Source of the DNA: a virus
Lineage: Duplodnaviria; Heunggongvirae; Uroviricota; Caudoviricetes
Length of the DNA: 64,000 nucleotides
Reading direction: 5' to 3' (one strand)
IMG/VR virus record: IMGVR_UViG_3300025697_002467
The position numbers and the translations under genes were made by a program. Below the pieces are notes generated by a model. That model saw only the letters and a program-made list of their open reading frames with translations, had not been told where the DNA came from and made no database searches. Of the stretch, positions 26,720 to 35,740 are shown piece by piece (the first letter of the stretch is position 1; every line of letters starts with the position of its first letter).

Positions 26720-26794
26720 TGGCTCCTGGAACAGGATTCGAACCTGTATTGAGACGGTTAACAGCCGTCGGCCTTACCAATCGGCCATCCAGGA
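26720..26794 (-). tRNA. tRNA-Asn (anticodon GTT)
   Basis: Perfect acceptor TCCTGGA/TCCAGGA, anticodon stem GACGG/CCGTC, loop CTGTTAA, encoded CCA. Confidence 0.8.
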
Positions 26795-26842
26795 ATAAAA
26801 TTTCAATTTGTCAACATCCAATAAACTTGGACATTCAAAAAT

Positions 26843-26918
26843 TGGGGTGGATGACGAGAATTGAACTCGCCTAAACTTGGGCCACAACCAAGCGGTCAAC
26901 CACTGACCCACATCCACC
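26843..26918 (-). tRNA. tRNA-His (anticodon GTG) with an encoded G-1
   Basis: Extra 5' G opposite discriminator C73, the His identity element. Acceptor GTGGATG/CATCCAC, anticodon loop TTGTGGC, encoded CCA. Confidence 0.8.
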
Positions 26919-27030
26919 ATAATAAGAAGGACCATGTAAGGAATCGAACCTTACACCAATTAACCGGCCTAGAGGGCCTATTTCTACGAGTACCAGTTAA
27001 ACAGACTCACCACAGAGGGGTCCATAATTT

Positions 27031-27067
27031 AACAAAAACAGTGGGGGGAATTTAACCACCCCCACTG
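27031..27067 (-). terminator. rho-independent terminator-like hairpin (minus strand)
   Basis: A 9-bp GC-rich stem CAGTGGGGG/CCCCCACTG followed on the minus strand by a T-run. Confidence 0.5.
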
Positions 27068-27135
27068 GAAGTGTTATGCCATTTTCTCTATTATTTAATT
27101 GTCAATGAACATGGGCAACGATTACCCATTAAAAC

Positions 27136-27172
27136 ATAAAAAAAGCCGGACACCCTTTTGAGGTGTCCGGCT
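27136..27172 (-). terminator. rho-independent terminator (minus strand)
   Basis: Perfect 11-bp stem AGCCGGACACC/GGTGTCCGGCT followed on the minus strand by TTTTTTTT. Confidence 0.6.
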
Positions 27173-27197
27173 TGTAGCTTAAATTGCTGTTAGGCTG

Positions 27198-27419
27198 CTA
27201 CGTCACACCGGACACCTCAATATCATTATGACCATTTTCTTCTGGACGATTTGATGGTGCTGGGGCTGATCCCACGACTACACAAATCTGTCCAACGGCC
27301 ATAATCTTGGCTGCTTGTTTGACTGATTGTTTGTTGTCGTGTCTGCGTATCATCTTCTTCTCCATAGTTGCTCTAATAGGAAATTTGATTTTCCTGAGCA
27401 TTAAGTATCCAAAATACAA
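27198..27419 (-). CDS. hypothetical small protein
   Basis: ORF of 73 aa. Confidence 0.3.
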   Translation of the reverse strand: MYFGYLMLRKIKFPIRATMEKKMIRRHDNKQSVKQAAKIMAVGQICVVVGSAPAPSNRPEENGHNDIEVSGVT

Positions 27420-27493
27420 GCTCTTTAAAAGAATGTCAAGAACTTTTTTAAGTTATTTTCAATTTAATTACCAAGACTTTTTTTATCGTCTTG

Positions 27494-27528
27494 TAGTACA
27501 ACAACCCACAAGAAATCAAAACTAAGCC
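27494..27528 (-). promoter_or_regulatory. conserved promoter-like motif, copy 5
   Basis: Lies downstream of the NAD-operon distal gene, about 75 nt upstream of the 27419 start. Confidence 0.45.
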
Positions 27529-27548
27529 AAAAAAGTTTTATTGCCTGT

Positions 27549-28508
27549 TTACTGGCCTCCTGCCAAGTCTTGTAGGTTTTTGAAACGGCTGATGTATTCT
27601 TCTATAGGGACGATTGCTGTTTCAGCTACGTCCAAGGTCTTGGCATAATCCACAGCTTTCTGAAGTTTCTCAAGACACTCTTGGATTTGGTCGATATCGA
27701 AACGGACATCGGAAATATCCTTGGGGATACTTGTTATTGGGTTATCTGTTTCATCCAAGTCAATCAGGATATTCATTAACCAAGGCATCTCTGTAGCTAA
27801 AGCCCCTACACATTTATTTCCAGCAGCCTTGAACATCCCCATATCCACCAACCCTTTCAAGAGTTTTGGAGTGTTGAATGTGTCTCGGGCAGCCCTGATT
27901 GTCATCACATTATATCCATCACGCCCATAAGGGATTGCATAACCACTCAAGAAATCTTTTGGACTCATTGGCAATTGGTAGAAAACACTCGTGGCTTTGG
28001 GAGTTTTTAAACTTTCTTTACCGTTTAATGCTTTCTCTTTATCCCCAACTGCCTTATTAAGGTCGTATGGAGCCTTCGTTGCCATCATATCCAATAGGAT
28101 TAGGGAACGGATCGGATAATTGTGATTGGTCATATAGTCCTTAGCCAATTCCCAATCTTTCTCAGTTGTTGGGTGATTCCCTGAAAACTGTTTATAAGCT
28201 TCAACATTACTTTGCCATCCAAGGAATGGGACAAAGGGAGAATCTACAACGTAATCTCCAGGAACTTTATTACCATCATTCAGGGAAGATTCAGAATCAT
28301 TTTTTCCAGAGGGCAAAGTCATAAAACCTGAAGGCTTATTACCTTTGAAATCTACGTACAGGAAATAATCCAAACCGTCCACATTCCCTATCATGAGAGA
28401 CATGCCAGTGGCATCTCTTAATTCAGGGTTGGAGGTATCGGATGTGAACAGGCATGTGCCTCTTACGAAATAATTTCGTTTTTGTCCTTCAATCTTAATA
28501 AGTCTCAT
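27549..28508 (-). CDS. hypothetical protein, distal gene of the NAD/ADP-ribose operon
   Basis: ORF of 319 aa with no recognisable motif; its stop overlaps the NMNAT start region. Confidence 0.6.
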   Translation of the reverse strand: MRLIKIEGQKRNYFVRGTCLFTSDTSNPELRDATGMSLMIGNVDGLDYFLYVDFKGNKPSGFMTLPSGKNDSESSLNDGNKVPGDYVVDSPFVPFLGWQSNVEAYKQFSGNHPTTEKDWELAKDYMTNHNYPIRSLILLDMMATKAPYDLNKAVGDKEKALNGKESLKTPKATSVFYQLPMSPKDFLSGYAIPYGRDGYNVMTIRAARDTFNTPKLLKGLVDMGMFKAAGNKCVGALATEMPWLMNILIDLDETDNPITSIPKDISDVRFDIDQIQECLEKLQKAVDYAKTLDVAETAIVPIEEYISRFKNLQDLAGGQ

Positions 28509-29059
28509 AAGTATAGTCCTTTCTCGACTATGTAATCAAACACATTTTTTGGAATCATCTTCTCTACATAAGGCATATTAGTTTCGTGAGCTGCAATCAG
28601 CTCACGAATCCTGGTGGAACTGATATTAGGCATCTCCCATACCCAAATTGAATCAGAAGACCTTTCTCGTGGAACGACATGTAATCCTATCAGGTTCTCA
28701 AGGATGTTCCAATCTTTCCATCGGTGTTGCTCTAACACATTATCTGAACCTATAATGAAAGTGAAATCATTATCAGGATAGTCCCGTTGCAGGTTCGTTA
28801 CTAAGTGAATGGAGTATTTGGTCTGGTACATCTTCTCATAATGACGAACAATCACATTTGGCCATTGAGAGAAAGCTAACCGGCACATTTCCATCCGAGT
28901 CTCGAAAGGCAACAAGCTGTCATTCTTATCAAAAGCATGTTCCCAACATGGGAGCACCCAAACTTCATCAAATTTCCCAGAAGCTAATGCATCCGTAACC
29001 ATGAAAAGATGGGCTTTGTGTGGTGGGTTAAAACCACCACCGAGAATAGCAACTCTCAT
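28505..29059 (-). CDS. nicotinamide/nicotinate mononucleotide adenylyltransferase (NMNAT, NadD-like)
   Basis: ILGGGFNPPHKAH matches the (H/T)xGH nucleotidyltransferase motif; the ISSTRIR motif is also present. Confidence 0.8.
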   Translation of the reverse strand: MRVAILGGGFNPPHKAHLFMVTDALASGKFDEVWVLPCWEHAFDKNDSLLPFETRMEMCRLAFSQWPNVIVRHYEKMYQTKYSIHLVTNLQRDYPDNDFTFIIGSDNVLEQHRWKDWNILENLIGLHVVPRERSSDSIWVWEMPNISSTRIRELIAAHETNMPYVEKMIPKNVFDYIVEKGLYL

Positions 29060-29787
29060 TACTTCACCTCAAAATCAATCCCCTGCTCAAGCAGGGCTTC
29101 GTAGTTGGTTTTATCAAAACGATACTTGAGGGCTGGTCTGCCCCCACTCCGCTTCTGTCCGTCAGGAGTTAACACACCCAACTTCATTACTTTAGCTCGG
29201 AAATTCCGTTTATCAAGTTTCTGGCCGAGAATGGCCTCATAGACCTCCTGAAGCTCTGTAAGAGTAAAAGCCTCTGGTAGGACGTTAATACCTATCGGTT
29301 GCCACCTGACCTTAGATCTGAGCCTCTGAAGGCCCCTCTTAATGATCTTATTGTGGTCGAAAGCCAAGCTGGGTAATCCTGAGATAGGAAACCACTTAGC
29401 TTTGGCTGCATCGTCTCCAGCTTCGACGGTTACGTCAGCAGCACGGACGAGTGCCAGATAAGATGTGGAGATTACTCTGCCACGAGGATCTCGTCCAGGG
29501 TCTCCAAAGGTATAGAGCTGTTCCATCCAAGCCAGCTTCACGCTGGTTTCTTCTTCCAGTTCCCGAAGGACAGCTTGATCGATGGTTTCGTCTTCTTCAA
29601 GATAACCCCCGGGCAATGCCCACTGGCCTTTGAAAGGGTCGTCTTTTCGTTCAATCAGGAGAACATGGAGTTCATTCCTGTCTATGAACATCTTATCAGG
29701 CCCAATGCCGAACACCACTGCATCTACAGTATTGTCGGCCATTGGGTAATCGTATGTATATGATTGTTTTTTATTTCTCGACTTCAA
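29059..29787 (-). CDS. Nudix hydrolase (ADP-ribose pyrophosphatase-like) with a C-terminal winged-helix-like domain
   Basis: Nudix box GGYLEEDETIDQAVLRELEEETSV. Its start overlaps the NMNAT stop. Confidence 0.8.
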   Translation of the reverse strand: MKSRNKKQSYTYDYPMADNTVDAVVFGIGPDKMFIDRNELHVLLIERKDDPFKGQWALPGGYLEEDETIDQAVLRELEEETSVKLAWMEQLYTFGDPGRDPRGRVISTSYLALVRAADVTVEAGDDAAKAKWFPISGLPSLAFDHNKIIKRGLQRLRSKVRWQPIGINVLPEAFTLTELQEVYEAILGQKLDKRNFRAKVMKLGVLTPDGQKRSGGRPALKYRFDKTNYEALLEQGIDFEVK

Positions 29788-29965
29788 CGGTTGGCCATCC
29801 TTTCAGAATTTTTCTAATCCCTAAAAAAGCCACTTTGTAAGCAGCATAATGTCCTTCAAGGTATTTTAAGCTATGATCGGAATCAATACATGCTTCGTTT
29901 TTTTCTTCAAGGAGCTTGGCCAAGGCCTGTAACTCCGTATGTGCCGTTTCTATTTTTGTTGACAT
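29771..29965 (-). CDS. hypothetical small protein
   Basis: Internal Met of the listed 29771..30031 ORF; it lies between the macro and Nudix genes. Confidence 0.3.
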   Translation of the reverse strand: MSTKIETAHTELQALAKLLEEKNEACIDSDHSLKYLEGHYAAYKVAFLGIRKILKGWPTVEVEK

Positions 29966-29978
29966 CCCTACAACCCTC

Positions 29979-30905
29979 CTATTTAACAGGTACTTTAATG
30001 ATGTTTCCGTCAGCGTCACGTTTGATAGCAACGTACACCAAATTAGCAGCCGTCACATATTTCTCATCGTCTTCACGTCCTGGTCGTGAAGCTGTAACTT
30101 CTACCCGAACAGTGATGGAGGTTTTACCAATTTTGACCAGTGATGTCCAAAAACTGATTGCATCACCGATCTTCAAAGGCTTCTTAAACTCAATACCGTC
30201 CATTGCAATGGTAGCCACATCGTGGTTTGTGTGACGTTGAGCTTCCATAGCTCCTGCCAGATCAATCTCAGCCAGAACAGCCCCGCCAAAGACTTCTCCA
30301 CGGTGGTTAGTATCTCTTGGGAGCAGCATTCTACGAACTGCTAAATAACGGTCGATCTTGGAGTTAATGACAATTTTAGCAGTCTCCAATTCTTCATCGG
30401 TAAACATCACCAATGAAATTTCTTCAATGTGGTCCCATTTCCGGGAAGTGGCTGCTTTGTAAGCTATGTTGACACCCAGTTCCAGAGGACAACCATACAC
30501 ACCACAAGAGATGGCAGGGAAAGCAATCGTTTTGCATTGGGTTGCATCGGCCAATTTAAGACTATTCAAGTAGGCTTCATACAAAAGTTTTTCTTTATCG
30601 GTACCATCCGGCAGAGTGATAGCATTATCAATTTCGATGTCTGCAAACAAAGGACCCACGGTATGAATGACGTAACGTGCAGGAAGATTGTACCCTGCTG
30701 TCAGAAAAGCCTCACCTGTATAACAACGGACACCAGGTTCTTTTTCAGGAAGTTGCTCACAAGCAAACTTGAGAGCCGAGCCAGCACCACGATGGATTGC
30801 ACCATCTACACCACCACCCCCTAATAGGGAAGGACGGCCAGCATTAACGATGGCATCAACGATCATTTTGGTAATATCATCTTGAATAACAAGTATTTTG
30901 GTCAT
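29979..30905 (-). CDS. macro-domain (ADP-ribose-binding/processing) fused to a hotdog-fold acyl-CoA thioesterase
   Basis: N-terminus VIQDDITKMIVDAIVNAGRPSLLGGGGVDGAIHRGAG is a macro domain; C-terminus GGAVLAEIDLAGAMEAQRHT...ATIAMDGIEFKKPLKIGD is a YciA/4HBT-type thioesterase. Confidence 0.75.
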   Translation of the reverse strand: MTKILVIQDDITKMIVDAIVNAGRPSLLGGGGVDGAIHRGAGSALKFACEQLPEKEPGVRCYTGEAFLTAGYNLPARYVIHTVGPLFADIEIDNAITLPDGTDKEKLLYEAYLNSLKLADATQCKTIAFPAISCGVYGCPLELGVNIAYKAATSRKWDHIEEISLVMFTDEELETAKIVINSKIDRYLAVRRMLLPRDTNHRGEVFGGAVLAEIDLAGAMEAQRHTNHDVATIAMDGIEFKKPLKIGDAISFWTSLVKIGKTSITVRVEVTASRPGREDDEKYVTAANLVYVAIKRDADGNIIKVPVK

Positions 30906-30924
30906 GATTTTTTTCCTTCAGTTT

Positions 30925-31128
30925 TTAGTGTATACGTTTGCAATGATGAGGCCATACTTCTCTGCCATGATGAGGCCATACTTCATCCGTTTTCAATTCA
31001 TGATCTGTAACCTCTAGTTTAGGGGCTAAGAGGACACGCCCCCAGAACTCCTTTACATTAATAGGTTCAGGAGGGTCTACGTGCGTGAAAGGATGAATTA
31101 CATCAATGATAATCAAATCTTTTTTCAT
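30925..31128 (-). CDS. hypothetical protein containing an in-frame tandem repeat
   Basis: Encodes EVWPHHGR-EVWPHHCK from a 24-bp tandem DNA duplication. Confidence 0.35.
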   Translation of the reverse strand: MKKDLIIIDVIHPFTHVDPPEPINVKEFWGRVLLAPKLEVTDHELKTDEVWPHHGREVWPHHCKRIH

Positions 31129-31505
31129 GATTTTTCCTTTTTTCCTATGTGTTCGTGAAGGCCTCCGGCAATATCACCTTTGACATCACAGTCTGTGTTG
31201 GCAGGATACCAGTTTTCCCCTCTTTCCTCATGGAATTCCTTGTCGGATTCATGAGGGTTAGGAGCTACAATAAATCCAGGCAGTGAAGTCCCACCATCAA
31301 GACAGGTAAGAATACTGAAGGCCAGACCTTCCATCCGTTCTCGAGTGGTTTTGTCAGGAAGATCATGCCAGTATTCGGTCATCATACGAACGTGGTCAAG
31401 GAACATTTCCCTGACCTCGTCCGTGGTGTATTCTCGTGAATCAGACATGTTAATTTCCTTGGTAAAATTGTATAAGGCTGATATAATGTGTAATGGTAAC
31501 GGCAA
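31125..31505 (-). CDS. hypothetical protein
   Basis: ORF of 126 aa; the likely start is the internal Met MSDSREY. Confidence 0.45.
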   Translation of the reverse strand: MPLPLHIISALYNFTKEINMSDSREYTTDEVREMFLDHVRMMTEYWHDLPDKTTRERMEGLAFSILTCLDGGTSLPGFIVAPNPHESDKEFHEERGENWYPANTDCDVKGDIAGGLHEHIGKKEKS

Positions 31506-31650
31506 GTGCTAAAACCATAGTAATAACAACATTGAATTTTTCTATAGATTTCTTTTTGGATAATTCAAATGTCCCAGAAAAAACAAAAACCAGAACCCCA
31601 AAAAACATCATAAACCAGTGGAAATACTCATGATTTATATAATCCGGCAT
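31450..31650 (-). CDS. small membrane protein
   Basis: Two transmembrane helices in 66 aa. Confidence 0.35.
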   Translation of the reverse strand: MPDYINHEYFHWFMMFFGVLVFVFSGTFELSKKKSIEKFNVVITMVLALAVTITHYISLIQFYQGN

Positions 31651-32054
31651 TAGTTAGCTCCTTTCTGACCAAGCTGCATCAGAACCATGCTGTTAGGGAT
31701 TTTGTAGCTTTTACCGGTTACACAATCCACAACTGAGATTGGGTACTTAGGACGACGAGTGTTGATTCCAGTGATTTTAGCCATGTTGCCGTTGTTGAGG
31801 CGGATTTCTTTGTTGTAGTCATCTTCGGTCATGTTATACAAAGGAGCAAGACGTTTGAAATCAGCAGGGATACCATCTTCGGTAACAATACAGAATTTCA
31901 GTTTAGGGCTGTAACTGGCAGCGGGGTCATACTTGCCACCGTTGATGCTCATAGTCAAGCCGTGTTTCTCTACAACCTCAGCTAAAGCAGCTTTGATCTC
32001 AGAGTCCAGTGTTGTCATAAATGCTTTTGTTACCTTGGTAATTTTCTGTGCCAT
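31650..32054 (-). CDS. hypothetical protein
   Basis: ORF of 134 aa with a good RBS (ccaaggagatgaacaatg). Confidence 0.5.
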   Translation of the reverse strand: MAQKITKVTKAFMTTLDSEIKAALAEVVEKHGLTMSINGGKYDPAASYSPKLKFCIVTEDGIPADFKRLAPLYNMTEDDYNKEIRLNNGNMAKITGINTRRPKYPISVVDCVTGKSYKIPNSMVLMQLGQKGAN

Positions 32055-32098
32055 TGTTCATCTCCTTGGGTTAAGTTTTCAGTGTCGTTTTATCTTCT

Positions 32099-32134
32099 AC
32101 ACTTCAACAACCCACGAGAATCCAAAACTAAGCC
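32099..32134 (-). promoter_or_regulatory. conserved promoter-like motif, copy 6
   Basis: About 50 nt upstream of the ATG at 32054. Confidence 0.45.
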
Positions 32135-32135
32135 A

Positions 32136-32429
32136 TTATTTTTTCTTTTTAGCAGATTGTGCTGCTTCGATGAATCGGCCAAGGAATTTACTGTAGTATG
32201 TTTCAGCAGTTTCAACGGCAGCTTTCTGTGTTTTAGCTGTGAAATCCTCAGCCCAAACAGCATCCTCTGGGTCAATGATATCATTTTCATCTTTAATCAT
32301 GAAGAACACTTGATATTTTTTCTTGTCGTAGTCAACAGTAAGTTCATCTCCTGGAGCATGAACTAATGCAGCTCCAAAAAAACCATCATCCGAGTACCAC
32401 AAGCCTTTTGATTTCTTCTTAAATTTCAT
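32136..32429 (-). CDS. hypothetical protein
   Basis: ORF of 97 aa. Confidence 0.5.
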   Translation of the reverse strand: MKFKKKSKGLWYSDDGFFGAALVHAPGDELTVDYDKKKYQVFFMIKDENDIIDPEDAVWAEDFTAKTQKAAVETAETYYSKFLGRFIEAAQSAKKKK

Positions 32430-33379
32430 TCATCTTCTCCTAACTTCAAAAGTTTTCGAACCAACTCTTTCATATCCGTTGGCCATAACCATTCTGGTCG
32501 AGGGTACTGAGTATCTGGTGAACCGTACTGAGGTTCACAGTTCAATACGGTATCCTGCCATTTCTTAGGGATTGCTTCGATTCCATAGTAAGCTCCAAGG
32601 AGAGCCCCGACAATAGCACCGTTTGTATCGGTATCCCCACCACGTTGAATAGTGTCTACCAGACCTTCCTCAAAATTCTCAGCATGAAGCAACTGCCAGA
32701 AAGCATTCTGGAGAGCAATCAAGACCCAGCCCATCTGGTGAAAATACTCATCAGGAGGATTCTGTTTAGCATTTGTAAGAGCTTCAATAACAGAAGGAGA
32801 AATTCCCCGTTTCTTGGCCAGTCGTAGAATAAACTCATATATTTCCAAGGGGCTTTCGTCCCTTACCAAGCAGGTATAAAGTGCAAACACGAAAACACTG
32901 TTTGCATCGACACACACCTGATTGACATGAGTGATTCTACAATCGTGTGCAGCCCAACCCATAAATTTATTAGGGAAAGCCAGACCCAGAATGCCTAACG
33001 GGGCAGCCCGCATCATGGCTCCATTAGCTTGGCTGCCTTTGTCAAATCTGTTGGACAGAGATTTGTTGATGGTCCCACCAATACCGAAAGGCATCGTGTT
33101 TCTCCACTCTATGTAAGCCCTCTTAACTTCGTTCGTTTTATACCTGCCGTTTTTCAGGACCGATCGAATCATAGCCAGAGCCATCTCAGAATCATCCGTA
33201 ATCTGTCCAGGAGCTAATTTCCATACTCCAGGGTCACCAAACTCACGAACACCTTTAGGATACCTCCATTGGATGTCAGCAGGGTTCTCAAATTCCACGA
33301 TAGCTCCGAGAGCGTCTCCAACACACATTCCAATGAGACAGCCATCAGTTTTGTTAAGTTGTTTTTTTGTCGGTTTCAT
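32426..33379 (-). CDS. ADP-ribosylglycohydrolase (DraG/ARH family)
   Basis: GCLIGMCVGDALGAIVEF, GQITDDSEMALA and GGDTDTNGAIVGALLGA motifs. Confidence 0.8.
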   Translation of the reverse strand: MKPTKKQLNKTDGCLIGMCVGDALGAIVEFENPADIQWRYPKGVREFGDPGVWKLAPGQITDDSEMALAMIRSVLKNGRYKTNEVKRAYIEWRNTMPFGIGGTINKSLSNRFDKGSQANGAMMRAAPLGILGLAFPNKFMGWAAHDCRITHVNQVCVDANSVFVFALYTCLVRDESPLEIYEFILRLAKKRGISPSVIEALTNAKQNPPDEYFHQMGWVLIALQNAFWQLLHAENFEEGLVDTIQRGGDTDTNGAIVGALLGAYYGIEAIPKKWQDTVLNCEPQYGSPDTQYPRPEWLWPTDMKELVRKLLKLGEDE

Positions 33380-33665
33380 CTGGTCTTTCTCCTAAATGTT
33401 TTCTTATATCTTTTGCATAAGTTTCTGCAAGCTCTCCAATTGTCAAAGCACCATGCATCAGATGCATGTCCATAAGTAGAGGACCTATTGACGGGACACC
33501 GATATTATCAACTATCATCTCATAGTGCATAGTGATTTGAATATCCTTGTCAGGAAACATCTCCTTTAAAACACTCTGGACTTTTTCAGAAACACTCTGG
33601 GGTTTTTTCTCATCACTCATTTCATTACCTTTAGCCACCGACTTGGGAATTCTAATTCTCTCCAA
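33354..33665 (-). CDS. hypothetical protein
   Basis: ORF of 103 aa. Confidence 0.4.
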   Translation of the reverse strand: MERIRIPKSVAKGNEMSDEKKPQSVSEKVQSVLKEMFPDKDIQITMHYEMIVDNIGVPSIGPLLMDMHLMHGALTIGELAETYAKDIRKHLGERPDETDKKTT

Positions 33666-33874
33666 TAGGTTATTGTTGCCGTGTGTAACTCATCTAGGTC
33701 ATAGGAATGGTCGCAGGAAATAGACCACGAATGGCTTCCCCATTCGGCCACAGCCTGGTATCTCTCCCCGTCCTTTTCGTAACATATCAGGACGGGAGTT
33801 CCCGTCTTGGGCATTTTCTTGGAAACCTCGATCCATTTTTTCATTTCATCCTCTTTCAATAATGTGCTGTCCAA
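33617..33874 (-). CDS. hypothetical protein
   Basis: ORF of 85 aa. Confidence 0.45.
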   Translation of the reverse strand: MDSTLLKEDEMKKWIEVSKKMPKTGTPVLICYEKDGERYQAVAEWGSHSWSISCDHSYDLDELHTATITYWRELEFPSRWLKVMK

Positions 33875-34015
33875 GTTTTTTAAGGGTTTCCGATGCCTTC
33901 ATAAAATCTTCTTTAGACATCTTATGCCCAGTTACTATGTCGTGTACCCCATCAAATTTCTTTAGGTTAACAGTTGGGCAACTTACTATCTCAAACTTAG
34001 GGACTTTAACTCTCT

Positions 34016-35740
34016 TCATTTCATCCTCACTTTGTACATTTTATTACCCTTGGACACAACGACAGCACCGGCATGTTTGCCGAGCTTCATATCACCACCG
34101 ACCACAGGGTCATCAATAATTTTAATTGAGGATGCATTCTTCCGGCTACTGAAAGCCTCCATCTTCTCATCCTCAGTAATGGACACACAAACCCCAGAGT
34201 CCAACGTCACGAAGTTCAAGCCTGTAGGCTGAATATCTTTGACTTCTCGGACATCATAAGATTGGTCAGTCAAATCAAATCTGAAAACCAACCTGTTATA
34301 CTTACCCTTAATTTGGCCGACGACCATCAAGACACCACCTTCAAATTTGGCATCCACGATTCGATAACCGTCCAGTTCCTTGATAGGGATCTGATATGAC
34401 TTTCCAGACTCTGGGAGCAGGGACACATAAACCGAACCCAACAGGTTCTGTATGGCCACACCCGGGTATAGCCTGGTTGCATGTTCCAACACTTGAGCTG
34501 CTTCCTTGGTGGAAGGGATAATGGTGTTCCCTACCTCAGTAAAGATAACTTCATGTATTCGATCAGCAGTACGGATATACATTCGACCATTTGTGTATGA
34601 CACTTCTTTAGTGGTCAGACCAAAAGGTAGGTTCTTTTTCAAGATCATATCCGTCATTGTAATAGGTTGAGTCGAACCATTTATCTGGACAGGACGGCTG
34701 CCACGGGGAGTGAATGTTGTTCCCGTAGCTTGGGTTGGTTGTCCAGACTTAATTTTATCTACGTACATGGCTTTGGTTGTGGCCACGACCAACTTATGAC
34801 CGTCACTCCAGAAATCCTTGATATCCCCATCGTACTCACCAATTTCAGTGATATCCAAATATTGAGTACCTGACAAGGTAACAATCTTGGGTACGAAAAT
34901 CATAGCTGCCCCGATGTCCATAGGCGGAGCACATCTCCTACCATTCTCGAATATTGCTTCATACCATTCACGGTATCCCTTGGGGATAACATCAAAGGGA
35001 TAGGCAGCTTTGGGAACTCCCACGTCCTGATTGAAAACACTAATGCCTTGTTGCATCCGTTCATCAAAGGACATTTTCTTTTTCTTATACCGGCCTTTAT
35101 AAGGATGAATCCCTGTAAACATTTGAAAAGTGACAATGCCGAAGCTGTACCAATCAGAATCAGTTGTGAATTTGTTTTTCTTAACCTTCCAGTCCTTGAC
35201 TGAAGGCATAATTGCCGTGGCAGGATAAGATTTGGTTTGATAGGAATCCACATCAATGAACATCACATCATCGAATTTCTTGGGGATGAGGAAATTCATC
35301 TCGTTCAGGTCTACAATCAAGATACCTGACTTGTGGACGTTCTCCACGCCTTCATGCATTTTCTTGACGAGCTCTTGGATAGTATTAAAGGAAATACCAT
35401 TTCTATCCCTGAAAGCACGGGGGAAAATCTGGCATAAGGACCAAGCATCTTTAACAAACTTGTAAGTGTAACCAATAGGTTTGCCACGGTCGTCTGTCAA
35501 TACTCTCTCAGGCTTAATAACCCTGGGATCAGATATCTGGGAAAGTTCCTGAATCTTGCCGAGGGGGATGACTTTCTTGGGGTCGAAGTAAACTTTGAAG
35601 GCTACCCCACCCTTCTGATAAATCCGACCTTCACCACCCTCACCAACGTAATCACGTTGAGTCAGGCTAATGGCAGCAGATTGTCCTTTGGTATAAACTT
35701 TCATTTTTTTATCCAAGCCCAACCAACGACAGGATTCCAC
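34016..35740 (-). CDS. Hanks-type Ser/Thr protein kinase with a large C-terminal domain
   Basis: Gly-rich loop GEGGEGRIY plus VAFKVY lysine, catalytic-loop-like ILIVDLNEMNF, DVDS, and the subdomain-IX-like DWYSFGIVTFQMFTG. Confidence 0.8.
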   Translation of the reverse strand: MESCRWLGLDKKMKVYTKGQSAAISLTQRDYVGEGGEGRIYQKGGVAFKVYFDPKKVIPLGKIQELSQISDPRVIKPERVLTDDRGKPIGYTYKFVKDAWSLCQIFPRAFRDRNGISFNTIQELVKKMHEGVENVHKSGILIVDLNEMNFLIPKKFDDVMFIDVDSYQTKSYPATAIMPSVKDWKVKKNKFTTDSDWYSFGIVTFQMFTGIHPYKGRYKKKKMSFDERMQQGISVFNQDVGVPKAAYPFDVIPKGYREWYEAIFENGRRCAPPMDIGAAMIFVPKIVTLSGTQYLDITEIGEYDGDIKDFWSDGHKLVVATTKAMYVDKIKSGQPTQATGTTFTPRGSRPVQINGSTQPITMTDMILKKNLPFGLTTKEVSYTNGRMYIRTADRIHEVIFTEVGNTIIPSTKEAAQVLEHATRLYPGVAIQNLLGSVYVSLLPESGKSYQIPIKELDGYRIVDAKFEGGVLMVVGQIKGKYNRLVFRFDLTDQSYDVREVKDIQPTGLNFVTLDSGVCVSITEDEKMEAFSSRKNASSIKIIDDPVVGGDMKLGKHAGAVVVSKGNKMYKVRMK

